A DNA stretch of 64,000 nt from Escherichia phage ECML-123-2. Each line of letters starts with the position of its first letter. Positions within the stretch are counted from its first letter, which is position 1. A program made the position numbers and the translations under genes. A model generated the notes under the pieces. That model had not been told where the DNA came from and did no database searches. It saw nothing but the letters and a program-made list of their open reading frames with translations. The stretch is from sequence record OL631480. One strand, written 5' to 3'. Positions 39,703 to 49,066 of the stretch are shown piece after piece.

Positions 39703-40160
39703 TTTTGGTCAGAAAAAGAAATTTGAGTTTCAAGCCATTCAATGTACTCTGCGGCAGCTTGCATCAGGTTACCTTCATAGCCATCGTTATTTTCTTGCGC
39801 AGCTAATTTAGCTAATGCGTATGAAATACGTTCACCTTGAAAAGCGGCTTTAGGCTTCTGAACATCTTGGCTAGTTCTCTCTACAACTTCTTCAATTTCG
39901 CCATTTTCAACGGATTCAGTATTCCATAAACACCAGTATGTAATTGGCTTATCATAGATGTTAATAATCTTTCCGTCGGAAAGTTCAATTTCAATAATTC
40001 CAGTATCAGGTTCTATATCATCTTCGCATTCTTTTGCAAGTTCACGAACTTTAAAGACAGTACCTGCACTAAGTTCCGGCCAGTAATTACATAGCCCTGT
40101 ATCAACACGATTAATTCTAAACCACTTATCTACTGTAATCATGTCCCATCTCCATATCAA
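39657..40160 (-). CDS. hypothetical protein at the pin-locus position (Pin-like by position only)
   Basis: 167-aa ORF ending ...QKIRQYKRLHQMFYNT. Confidence 0.55.
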   Translation of the reverse strand: MIWRWDMITVDKWFRINRVDTGLCNYWPELSAGTVFKVRELAKECEDDIEPDTGIIEIELSDGKIINIYDKPITYWCLWNTESVENGEIEEVVERTSQDVQKPKAAFQGERISYALAKLAAQENNDGYEGNLMQAAAEYIEWLETQISFSDQKIRQYKRLHQMFYNT

Positions 40161-40264
40161 TTAAGTCATTTATCGTTGGTTCATTATATACTGTTTCTTC
40201 ATCAGTGTAAACCGGTTCTTCCGGCTCTGGCTCTACAGTTTCCCATCTAGCCGCCCACCAAGGT

Positions 40265-40435
40265 TTAACCCCGAAGCTTATTAAGTTCTTCATAATCAAT
40301 CCAGGATTCTAATCCTGATGGCAAATCAGATTCAATTTCCCAAAGAAGCTCTTCAATTTTCTGAAGACGATCTAGTTCTTCGGCTGGAATAGTAACCATT
40401 GACGGAGCTCGTGATACATTAATATCGTAAATCAT
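40265..40435 (-). CDS. small hypothetical protein (56 aa), possibly part of a frameshifted longer gene
   Basis: MIYDINVSRAPSMVTIPAEELDRLQKIEELLWEIESDL...; an open frame without ATG continues downstream in another frame. Confidence 0.35.
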   Translation of the reverse strand: MIYDINVSRAPSMVTIPAEELDRLQKIEELLWEIESDLPSGLESWIDYEELNKLRG

Positions 40436-40437
40436 AT

Positions 40438-40653
40438 TTACCCCAATTTAACCATACAATCGCCGTATTTCCACTTAGAAATAGACTTTTCACCATTAGA
40501 ATAATAAACTTCGAGTTTAGCACGATTATTTTTAATTTGAATAACCTTGGCTGTCATCAAAGTTCCATACCCATAATAAACTGCAACTTCATCACCTACA
40601 TATACCGCGCTTCCGCGGTAATCATGAATATAGTCAGTTCCTTCAAGCATCAT
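40438..40653 (-). CDS. hypothetical protein
   Basis: 71-aa ORF. Confidence 0.5.
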   Translation of the reverse strand: MMLEGTDYIHDYRGSAVYVGDEVAVYYGYGTLMTAKVIQIKNNRAKLEVYYSNGEKSISKWKYGDCMVKLG

Positions 40654-40913
40654 TTAAAATATTCTCGCAGTTGGTCAAATCCACCAATATGACTTCCATC
40701 AGGAGCAAATACCTGGGGCATTGTCAAGCCGATTTGAGTATCACGACCTAGTTTAGTCAGAAGCTCAGCAATTTTCTCATCATCAAAAACACCTTTTTCC
40801 GGCATAATGTTGATAAATTCAAACGGCTGTTTCTTCACGGTCAAAAGACGTTTTGCATTATCGCAATACACACATTTATGAATGTTGCTATCATAACCAT
40901 ATACTTTAAACAT
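40650..40913 (-). CDS. nrdC: thioredoxin/glutaredoxin NrdC
   Basis: 87 aa MFKVYGYDSNIHKCVYCDNAKRLL... with CVYC; matches recalled T4 NrdC. Confidence 0.92.
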   Translation of the reverse strand: MFKVYGYDSNIHKCVYCDNAKRLLTVKKQPFEFINIMPEKGVFDDEKIAELLTKLGRDTQIGLTMPQVFAPDGSHIGGFDQLREYFK

Positions 40914-40914
40914 A

Positions 40915-41157
40915 TTATTCCTTAATTCCTAGTACTTGTTTAAAAGTCTCGTCGTAATCAAGACTTTGGCCCGTTTGTTCTTTATGTTTGTATATAATAT
41001 CACTTACTTCTGATAGCATATTTTTATATGAACGAGTTAAAGCAGATTTAAGCACGCTGTATCTATCAGGAAATTTACCGTGTTCATTATAATAAGCTAT
41101 TGCTAATTCACGGACTGCCTTTTCAGCAGCCTCCATATATTCTTTACGCTTGGTCAT
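40915..41157 (-). CDS. hypothetical protein (nrdC.1 position)
   Basis: 80-aa ORF. Confidence 0.55.
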   Translation of the reverse strand: MTKRKEYMEAAEKAVRELAIAYYNEHGKFPDRYSVLKSALTRSYKNMLSEVSDIIYKHKEQTGQSLDYDETFKQVLGIKE

Positions 41158-41159
41158 TT

Positions 41160-41549
41160 TTAATCCAAAATATTATTAGGCATTGGTTGAACACTCACAA
41201 GTTCTTTAAAGAACTCAGTAGAGTCAGGCAATTTAACCATTTCCGGAGCATGCTTACTGAATTTATGTTTACATTGACGGCATTTATATTCAAGCTCTGG
41301 TTTACGCCAGTTAATCAACTGAACTTGTTCAGTACCGCATTCAGGGCAATTAGGAACGTTTTTAGAAGCTCTTTCACGTCGTTCAACCATAGCCATAATA
41401 GCATCCCATGCTGGAGGTTTAAAATCTAAATCGTCGCAGCCGTGAATCTTTCCACGCATTTCCATATCATCTTCCTCACCAGCCATAATAATTTTAATTA
41501 AACTGGAATTACTTGAAGCTGCAATGTCTTCTAATAAACGCTTTTTCAT
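41160..41549 (-). CDS. hypothetical zinc-ribbon protein (nrdC.2 position)
   Basis: 129 aa with CPECGTEQ...CRQCKHKF. Confidence 0.55.
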   Translation of the reverse strand: MKKRLLEDIAASSNSSLIKIIMAGEEDDMEMRGKIHGCDDLDFKPPAWDAIMAMVERRERASKNVPNCPECGTEQVQLINWRKPELEYKCRQCKHKFSKHAPEMVKLPDSTEFFKELVSVQPMPNNILD

Positions 41550-42475
41550 TTCAATACCTCAATAGCATTACGTAAACCATTTGCTTTTGCATTAAGAGCT
41601 TTTAACAATTTGGTGTGTTCTGCAATTTGGGCTTCAACTTCAATCAAACGGGCATTGAGATATTCACGTTCTTCACTCAGATTATCAACCTTTTCTACTT
41701 TAGGCTCTTTTACAACTGTCTTATATGTATTAGGGTTCTTCAATTTAATTAGAATGCGTGAACTGTATAACATTGAACCATTATCTTCGGTTTCGTCATA
41801 CATTTCCACTACGTCCATAATTTTTAACATCATGCGGAGTTTATAAGACAACGAACGAATAGTTTTGTTGTGCTTATTAATTTCTTTAGCTGTCATGGTG
41901 CCAAGATTACGTGAGTAATAATAAGGAACCTGGATATTAATTAATACTGATGAACCACCTGGCTTGTGTGTTACTTCATCAGCAATAACCCAGTCCTTAA
42001 CATGAACTGTATTTGTACGGTCATCGCCCGCGGTAAATAGTTTGCGAGCATGCTTAAAAAGCATATTCACTTGGTCATTTAATTGACAAGCAAATTTATC
42101 AGCAAATTTAGTTTCAGGAATGGTAGAAAACCAATCAGCCAAATGAGTCTTTTTAACATCATTAACAATAGTAAATTCAACCAAATCGGTTATAGATGTC
42201 TCAGATTTAATGAAGCTCGGCTTCATAAAGTTTTTAATGTTCTCATGAGCTACAGTAGAAGATAACATACGAGAACGTTTAAACCATTCAAGCAAATTGC
42301 CTAACGAATGAGAATAAGCGTTTTGAGTATCTTTACAGATATGATTTTCCTGACCAACATATTGAAGGAAATCACGAAGAATATTATTGATTACTGCTCT
42401 GTGCCCGATCTGATAATTACGGTGTTTAGTAATAAGACTGTCAAAATAATCAATATAATGTTTACGAGTTTTCAT
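41546..42475 (-). CDS. hypothetical protein with C-terminal coiled coil (paralog family member 1)
   Basis: 309 aa; C-terminus [42 protein letters not shown]. Confidence 0.6.
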   Translation of the reverse strand: MKTRKHYIDYFDSLITKHRNYQIGHRAVINNILRDFLQYVGQENHICKDTQNAYSHSLGNLLEWFKRSRMLSSTVAHENIKNFMKPSFIKSETSITDLVEFTIVNDVKKTHLADWFSTIPETKFADKFACQLNDQVNMLFKHARKLFTAGDDRTNTVHVKDWVIADEVTHKPGGSSVLINIQVPYYYSRNLGTMTAKEINKHNKTIRSLSYKLRMMLKIMDVVEMYDETEDNGSMLYSSRILIKLKNPNTYKTVVKEPKVEKVDNLSEEREYLNARLIEVEAQIAEHTKLLKALNAKANGLRNAIEVLK

Positions 42476-42527
42476 ATTCTTCTCACTTGGTTAATGGTTT
42501 ATACTCCGAGCCATCCTTGGCTTTAAA

Positions 42528-43529
42528 TTACTTAATTAACTGTAAAGCTTGTTCAAGACGATCAAGACGATTAACGGATTCTTCCCAAATCTTTTTAGCC
42601 TGCTCATATTCTTTCTGCGCTTTATTAGAAATTTCTAGAACTTCTTTATAAGCTTTTTCTAGTGCAATAACTTCTGGACGAATTTCTACTGGTTCAGGCG
42701 AATCGTCAAGACATTCCATTAGTTCCTCAAGGGTAGTTTCTTCTTTAGGAGTATTCACAATTTCATCACATTTTTGTTGGTAAATTTCTTTATCAGTCGG
42801 TGAGTACGCACACTTTACTTCACGGAGACTAACTACAATTTTATATCCTTCCCAACCGCATATATTCTTAAAAGGATAAGTATGAATATTTTCTACTGTT
42901 TCCATACAAAGTAATGCGGTCTCTAACTGACGAGTTATATCGCTAGCAATTGAGAAAAATTTATTAATGTTCTTTTGATTAGCTTCTGGTGTAAAAAATT
43001 CATAATTCACAAAAATAGCTGCTTTATTTTTATCAAGCTCATATTCTTTTATGATAATCATATCAGAAGCCCAAGGATGGATTTGACGATAATCACCATA
43101 GCATAATTTAGAAGCTGATTTTAGAATTTGCTTCTTGAAAAGTCTAAAATTACTAATCCAACGACGAGTAAAAATATTCTCAGGGTCTTCTTTATTATTA
43201 AGATGATAAGAATTAACATCACCGAACCAACTGTATCCTACTACATCTTTAGTTCGTTTAATTTCTTTCCCAAATTTACCAAGAATATCTTGATTAACTA
43301 AATATGAAAGAAGACGAGAACCTTTAAAAGTTTCCTTAATATCATCTTTATATTCGCGACTAGAAATTTTATGAACTTCATGAATAAATTTGCTTGAAGA
43401 AACAATACTTGCATCAATATTATTGAGCCATTGATTGATAATGGAAATAACACTATTCTGACTAAACACAGGTTTAACTTTATCATCAATAACGCTATTG
43501 AATGATTTGATATATTCGTTACGAGTCAT
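42528..43529 (-). CDS. hypothetical protein with C-terminal coiled coil (paralog family member 2)
   Basis: 333 aa from ATG at 43529 (SD ggagattaat); motif FKKQILKSASKLCYG. Confidence 0.6.
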   Translation of the reverse strand: MTRNEYIKSFNSVIDDKVKPVFSQNSVISIINQWLNNIDASIVSSSKFIHEVHKISSREYKDDIKETFKGSRLLSYLVNQDILGKFGKEIKRTKDVVGYSWFGDVNSYHLNNKEDPENIFTRRWISNFRLFKKQILKSASKLCYGDYRQIHPWASDMIIIKEYELDKNKAAIFVNYEFFTPEANQKNINKFFSIASDITRQLETALLCMETVENIHTYPFKNICGWEGYKIVVSLREVKCAYSPTDKEIYQQKCDEIVNTPKEETTLEELMECLDDSPEPVEIRPEVIALEKAYKEVLEISNKAQKEYEQAKKIWEESVNRLDRLEQALQLIK

Positions 43530-43557
43530 ATTAATCTCCTCAGTAGAAAGTAAGAAC

Positions 43558-43587
43558 ATTATACCACATCCTTGTGGCAAAGTAAAC
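43558..43587 (-). promoter_or_regulatory. T4-type early promoter, near-identical to the rIIA.1 promoter
   Basis: minus GTTTACtttgccacaaggatgtggTATAAT. Confidence 0.5.
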
Positions 43588-44606
43588 TAGTTTAGTGCAT
43601 TTAGTGCATTGTTCAGTTTAGAACGTTGCTTCGTAAGATTTTTGACTTTTTCTTGAGCTTTTTCTAGCATCTTTTCAGCTTCTAACACTTCATTAGTTGC
43701 TTTAACGAGTTCATCATCTACTGCCTTGATAGACTTCTCAATCGCATCCGCGTGCCATTTTTCAACAGGTTTAAGACTCGGATTTTCAACAGGAAGAAAA
43801 TTCACTTTATTGAATTTCCATGTATCTTTATTACCTGAACTATACATCCAAAATTTAGGATCGTTTGATGAGTAATTGGATAAATTTAAGATATCTTGCA
43901 CTTCCTGCTTTTTCTCTTGCGGGACTTCGTCCTTTCTCAAAAAATCGTATTTAAATGAAACGATCATATCAAGTTCATACGTTGTTGTATGTTCCCAATT
44001 TCGCTCAAAACGAGGTAAAATCTTAGACTGAACCGCGGCAACTACATCCATATACTTAAATGCTTCTGTCAACTGTGATTTAAGGCATTCACAAATTGAA
44101 AGAGAATTTTTTGTATTAGGTTTAAAGCTAATTCGTGCAGTTCTGTTATTTTCTTTTAATGGTCTTACTTCCATCTGAAGAGTATAACCATCAAATTTCA
44201 GATTCTTTAAGTTAATATCAGAACCTTTTAATCGACTAGCCGTCGACAAAATTTGCTTTAATTGTTTACGGAATAGAGCAATAAATCTCCACTCAATACG
44301 ATAATGATTTGGATTGAAAAATCCAGATGATAAATCGACCTTACTCTGACCAACACCTTGAACAAATAGAGGATTTTTATAATCAATAGTTTTACAGAAA
44401 TCAGTGAGCTGCTCACGAGCAGTCATTTGTGTAATATACCCCGCTTTACTAAAATGACGTAATAATTCACTGCTATTTAGATATTTAAAGTGAATAGCAC
44501 GATTAACTTTATCAGGGTCTAAATTATTTTCACACAAAAATGTCATAACATTACGAGTATCGCTGCCAGTACGAACCATATCTTCAATTTGAGAACGAGT
44601 TTTCAT
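43587..44606 (-). CDS. hypothetical protein with C-terminal coiled coil (paralog family member 3)
   Basis: 339 aa; motif FRKQLKQILSTASRLKG. Confidence 0.6.
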   Translation of the reverse strand: MKTRSQIEDMVRTGSDTRNVMTFLCENNLDPDKVNRAIHFKYLNSSELLRHFSKAGYITQMTAREQLTDFCKTIDYKNPLFVQGVGQSKVDLSSGFFNPNHYRIEWRFIALFRKQLKQILSTASRLKGSDINLKNLKFDGYTLQMEVRPLKENNRTARISFKPNTKNSLSICECLKSQLTEAFKYMDVVAAVQSKILPRFERNWEHTTTYELDMIVSFKYDFLRKDEVPQEKKQEVQDILNLSNYSSNDPKFWMYSSGNKDTWKFNKVNFLPVENPSLKPVEKWHADAIEKSIKAVDDELVKATNEVLEAEKMLEKAQEKVKNLTKQRSKLNNALNALN

Positions 44607-44614
44607 GGTGTTCC

Positions 44615-45526
44615 TTAAGATTTAAGTAAATCAACAATTTTAATTAACTTTTCACGCTCAGATTTAGCTTTACTACTCAGTCCAGATAGTCTGAAAATTT
44701 CATCATCATATTGTTGAATAGAAATATTCAGCTCTTCAATCTGTTTATTAAAATAATCAATTTGTTCAGAATGTTTTTCGTTACTACGAACTGGTACAGG
44801 TTTTGTAGGCAATTTAGTTGAACTGGATTCATCCGGGCGATAAATTAAAACACAACTTGAACCAATAGGGCATTTTGCACCAGATGAATATTCTAATGTT
44901 CCAGCTTCTTTTAAAACTTCAAAAGCTAAACAGAGATGATGCCCCATATTAACATAATCTGTAGAGCGAGCTCTGATGTAATAATCATCGCCGCGAATAC
45001 TAAATTTAAAGCATTTAAGGTCTTCTGTATTATTGGTCTTAAAAATCATTTGTTTATCTAGACCTTTAGCTAATCGAGCGCCTAATGCTAATAATCGTCT
45101 TTGATTTTCCCACAAATCCGCAATCATTTGATCGAATGATAATTTTGGCATTAGTCGACCATAAAGGTCATATCCTTTATTATAATTACGAAGGATTTCA
45201 CTCGCATTAATACGAGACAATGCTCCAATTTTATTAAGGGCTTTCATAATGCGATTAGATAAACTCATTCCAGATCCGTTTGTTCGCTGCAAATGTTTTT
45301 CTAATCCAAATCCAATATCAACTTTAAACTTATCTAAAATTTCTGCATGAACATCTCTGTCAATAACATTCAAATCCAAAGTTGAGTTAAATCTATGAAA
45401 AAATTTATCTGGCTCTGCACTGCGAAATACAGTCCATTCATTCATCATTTTTTTATTAACTAAAGATTTAATTACTGCATTGACATTATTAATTACTACT
45501 GACATATTTTCCTCACTCAATTTCAA
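44615..45526 (-). CDS. hypothetical protein with C-terminal coiled coil (paralog family member 4)
   Basis: 303 aa; motif NQRRLLALGARLAKG. Confidence 0.6.
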   Translation of the reverse strand: MKLSEENMSVVINNVNAVIKSLVNKKMMNEWTVFRSAEPDKFFHRFNSTLDLNVIDRDVHAEILDKFKVDIGFGLEKHLQRTNGSGMSLSNRIMKALNKIGALSRINASEILRNYNKGYDLYGRLMPKLSFDQMIADLWENQRRLLALGARLAKGLDKQMIFKTNNTEDLKCFKFSIRGDDYYIRARSTDYVNMGHHLCLAFEVLKEAGTLEYSSGAKCPIGSSCVLIYRPDESSSTKLPTKPVPVRSNEKHSEQIDYFNKQIEELNISIQQYDDEIFRLSGLSSKAKSEREKLIKIVDLLKS

Positions 45527-45920
45527 TTTTACTAAATATACAGAATAAGATGGAACAGACTATATAAGCACCACACACAGATTGAACTAATACCATTCCA
45601 AAGAACCAAACAATATTATCAAACAATGTCTGTTTTACGTCGAAAGGACGTAAACTTACAGTAATATTATCACCTTTTTCTATTGAAGAATACATCTCTG
45701 GGGAAATATATTCACTAAATCTATAACCATCTTTGAGTTCATATACGGCAATAAACGATAAACTAGACCCTTTTCCTTGTGTTCCTGTAATGGTATTAAC
45801 TACAGTAACATCATAATCTTTATAATGCATATAATCATTAATTGCGTAATAACCATATGCAATTACTACACATAAACAACATATCAATAAATTCAATCTT
45901 TTAATTATCAACTGTTTCAT
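45513..45920 (-). CDS. membrane protein
   Basis: 135 aa with hydrophobic segments at both ends. Confidence 0.55.
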   Translation of the reverse strand: MKQLIIKRLNLLICCLCVVIAYGYYAINDYMHYKDYDVTVVNTITGTQGKGSSLSFIAVYELKDGYRFSEYISPEMYSSIEKGDNITVSLRPFDVKQTLFDNIVWFFGMVLVQSVCGAYIVCSILFCIFSKIEIE

Positions 45921-45975
45921 AATAATCTCAATTAAAAGGGCTTAGAACCATTATACCATCCTTGGTATAAAGCGG

Positions 45976-46503
45976 TTATGCGAGTACCGTCTTTAACCGT
46001 TCTTCAAACTTCCGAAGAGTATTTTGGCGTTCAGCTCTTTGCTTTTTGTAAGTTTCAATACGCTCTGAAATGAGAGTGTATCGTTCATTTACTGATTCTT
46101 TCATAAAATCAGGAATTTCACGAGAAGCTTTAATCTCGTCAAATTTATCAATAACAGCTTGCTCTTCAGCAATTAAGTTATCATACATTAAAATATCTTT
46201 CTTGATAAACTCAATATCTTCTTGAGTTACACGAGATAATTTAGATGCTTTATCCTTTTTGTACTGTTCGTTAGTATCACGAGACCAGTGTAATGTACGA
46301 TTTTTATTCGTATTTTTGTAAATTTCTACAATACCGATCTCATCGATAATAACGATCCAATTCCAACGGGATTTGTAAATTTGTCCTCCATCAACAGTGA
46401 TTTCACCTCCGATTGAGATGTCATTAAAGAACTTGCTTTGCGCTTCAGATTTAAATTTACCATCGTTGTAATTTACTAAGTTGAAAATATCTTTAGCGTT
46501 CAT
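45976..46503 (-). CDS. hypothetical protein
   Basis: 175-aa ORF with SD ggagga and early promoter. Confidence 0.6.
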   Translation of the reverse strand: MNAKDIFNLVNYNDGKFKSEAQSKFFNDISIGGEITVDGGQIYKSRWNWIVIIDEIGIVEIYKNTNKNRTLHWSRDTNEQYKKDKASKLSRVTQEDIEFIKKDILMYDNLIAEEQAVIDKFDEIKASREIPDFMKESVNERYTLISERIETYKKQRAERQNTLRKFEERLKTVLA

Positions 46504-46531
46504 TTTCTGTTCCTCCGTAGTTGATAGTTGT

Positions 46532-46561
46532 ATAGTACCACAGAGGAACAGTCTTGTAAAC
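46532..46561 (-). promoter_or_regulatory. T4-type early promoter
   Basis: minus GTTTACaagactgttcctctgtggTACTAT. Confidence 0.5.
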
Positions 46562-46563
46562 CA

Positions 46564-46878
46564 CTAAAAGAAACTTCTTTCACAATTTTTTCCACTGAAC
46601 CATGCGCTTACCGCTTTCTTAGTCTCAGGAGCAGTGTTATCCATAAACCATTCAAAGGCAGCCTTTTTATGATTCTGGAGGGCTTCTCGGGCTTTAATCT
46701 GCTCACGGTCTATTAACACTAACATATGAGCCTTTCTTGTCACCATGGGCTTCTTATGATTTTTTGAATACTCCCAGTCATTTGTCCATCGCATTGTCGT
46801 TGCGAACTTAAATACTGCTTCTTTAATTTTAGTTTCGTAAATTTCACGAGCCTTTGAGTATAACATCATTACCTCCAT
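46564..46878 (-). CDS. hypothetical protein
   Basis: 104-aa ORF. Confidence 0.55.
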   Translation of the reverse strand: MEVMMLYSKAREIYETKIKEAVFKFATTMRWTNDWEYSKNHKKPMVTRKAHMLVLIDREQIKAREALQNHKKAAFEWFMDNTAPETKKAVSAWFSGKNCERSFF

Positions 46879-46967
46879 TCACCAGTTTAATTCTAGTCAT
46901 CTTTTTAATGGCAGTCCATATAATCTATTTCTGAACTGCCTTTTTGTCATAGAAGTCCTCTTATGAA

Positions 46968-47936
46968 TTATTTCAGAAGAGTAACCTCAGCAATTTCTTC
47001 CCAACCGTTTTTGTCGGTCATAATAAAGTCAGCAAGATAAAGAGCAGTACGCAGTGAAACATTGCGTAAACGATTAACATTAACTTTCATCCATGATAAT
47101 GCTTTATAAGTTTCTTCATCAGAAAGACCGCGCTTTTGCATCATGTCAGTTGAAAGAATAACATCTTCAACCCTGACCATAATTTCTTCATTAGTGTGAA
47201 CACCCAAATCCAAATAAACCGAGCGGGACACTAATGCTTGTAAATGTGGAGCAAGTTTAGTACCACGGTCTAATTCGCGGTCAATGTCAACGTTTGTGAT
47301 AAAAACAATCGTTCCTTTAAATTCAAACTCACGCTCAATGCCTTTTTCTTCTAAGTAAGAAGACGCAGTGCTCCAGCAGACTTTACGGGTCTCTCCGGTG
47401 TCCAGAGCAGCTTTCAGAAGATTAAGAATGTCCATATCAGAGAAAACATCCACATCATCAATCAAAAGGACAGAATTCTCTTCACGATTATTCCAAAGCT
47501 GTTCATAAAGACCAATACCAGAGATTTTACCATTAATGCTTTTATATTCAATGTATCCAATATCATTTGCTTTATTTAAAGCTTTATCTAAAGAATACGT
47601 TTTACCAATGCCTGCCGCACCAGAGATAATTAATGAACGAATGTTTCCGTTAATAATACCATTCGTCATCATTCCCATAACATTAAATCTTTTATTAATG
47701 CGGGTTTTCATATCTTCATACGATTCTTTAACTTCTTCAACTTTTACACCATCATATGAAATGTCTGATTTGTAAACCCAAACACCGCGACGTTTACCGT
47801 CAATTTCAACAAAAACTTTACCATCTCCTTGTGCATCTACTGGAGCATTATCTGGGAACCATTCGCCTAAGAGCTCAAAAGTTCCAGAGATTTCTTTACC
47901 GAAGTAGATACCCTTATTGATAGTTACAGTTTTCAT
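46968..47936 (-). CDS. P-loop NTPase (AAA-like), nrdC.10 position
   Basis: 322 aa from ATG at 47936; Walker A GAAGIGKT, Walker B VLLIDDVD; own early promoter. Confidence 0.65.
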   Translation of the reverse strand: MKTVTINKGIYFGKEISGTFELLGEWFPDNAPVDAQGDGKVFVEIDGKRRGVWVYKSDISYDGVKVEEVKESYEDMKTRINKRFNVMGMMTNGIINGNIRSLIISGAAGIGKTYSLDKALNKANDIGYIEYKSINGKISGIGLYEQLWNNREENSVLLIDDVDVFSDMDILNLLKAALDTGETRKVCWSTASSYLEEKGIEREFEFKGTIVFITNVDIDRELDRGTKLAPHLQALVSRSVYLDLGVHTNEEIMVRVEDVILSTDMMQKRGLSDEETYKALSWMKVNVNRLRNVSLRTALYLADFIMTDKNGWEEIAEVTLLK

Positions 47937-47970
47937 TTTATTCTCCAAATCCGTATCAGTTGATAGTTGT

Positions 47971-48000
47971 ATAGTACCATAAAGCTTTATGCTTGTAAAC
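47971..48000 (-). promoter_or_regulatory. T4-type early promoter (conserved family member)
   Basis: minus GTTTACaagcataaagctttatggTACTAT, inside the longer track ORF. Confidence 0.5.
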
Positions 48001-48028
48001 AATTTTGTGAAAAAATTTTTGAAATAAA

Positions 48029-48052
48029 AAAAGGGAGCCCGAAGGCTCCCTA
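48029..48052 (-). terminator. UUCG-tetraloop terminator after the NTase-like gene
   Basis: gggagcccgaaggctccc followed by a T-run on the minus strand. Confidence 0.55.
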
Positions 48053-49066
48053 TCATTTATAATAACTTCGGTGGTTTTCAAGATAAACCCTCTCAAGGAA
48101 GTCATCCCAAAAACCCATGTCTACTTTTTGCTGCATACCGTTCTTAGAAGCTTCAGTAGATGCTGCTTCTACTTGATCGACCACATCTTCCAAAAACTCT
48201 TGAACCGTTTTAAATGGATGTTTACCCAACTTCACGTCGAGAATAAATGGAGCATCTTGGAGTGGATAAACCAAGTCACCAGTTTTGTAAATTTCCAATA
48301 GTTGGAGTCCACCACGGCAAGCATGACTCATAGCTTTCCAGTCAATACCTTCATTGGCTTCGGCCTTACGAGCACGTTCACCGTATTCAGCATCTAATTT
48401 GTTCAGTGACTGCTTAAGCTCAATAAGAGAAAGCGTTGTCTGATATTTACGACCCAACACTGTGTAGAACGTCTGTGGGCCTGTTTTCTCATGATTATGG
48501 AACACCCATTCACAGAATTCGTTTTCTGGAAGACGATGCTTAATATCTTCAACTTTAGTACGACGCTGCTTAATAGAACCATCTTCTTGGTAATCAACCC
48601 ATTGCTCAGGGATTTGATTAACTACTTTCAATACATCACGTAATGCAGCCAAACGAGAACCCTTAACGCCGTATTTAGAAGCTTGCTTACGGACATATCC
48701 TAAATAGGATTTCATGTTAGTCGTATAAAAACGAGAACGGTTGTCTTGAATAAACTTCCACACATCAGGCAAATCAGATTTAACCACTAGTTCAGGTGGA
48801 GTGTGAAGCATATCTAACGCTACAGTTTCACCATCTGCTGCTAATTTAAAGAAATATTTAAGACTGTATAGTTCATGGTCAATATCATCTTTAGTGTTTT
48901 TAGATGATGTGTTGTTAGTGTTTTTACTCATGTGCTCTTTAACATTTCCGATAAGAATATCACGAGCAGGAGGAACAAAGATTTCTTTAAAATCTACATC
49001 AGATTCTGGGGTAGAAGTTCCATAAAGATGACTACCAAAATAGCTTTTCATTACTGTTTTCATCAT
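48053..49066 (-). CDS. predicted nucleotidyltransferase (Pol-beta-like fold), nrdC.11 position
   Basis: 337 aa; N-terminal FGSHLYGTSTPESDVDF fits the GS-x(9-13)-DxD NTase signature. Confidence 0.6.
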   Translation of the reverse strand: MMKTVMKSYFGSHLYGTSTPESDVDFKEIFVPPARDILIGNVKEHMSKNTNNTSSKNTKDDIDHELYSLKYFFKLAADGETVALDMLHTPPELVVKSDLPDVWKFIQDNRSRFYTTNMKSYLGYVRKQASKYGVKGSRLAALRDVLKVVNQIPEQWVDYQEDGSIKQRRTKVEDIKHRLPENEFCEWVFHNHEKTGPQTFYTVLGRKYQTTLSLIELKQSLNKLDAEYGERARKAEANEGIDWKAMSHACRGGLQLLEIYKTGDLVYPLQDAPFILDVKLGKHPFKTVQEFLEDVVDQVEAASTEASKNGMQQKVDMGFWDDFLERVYLENHRSYYK

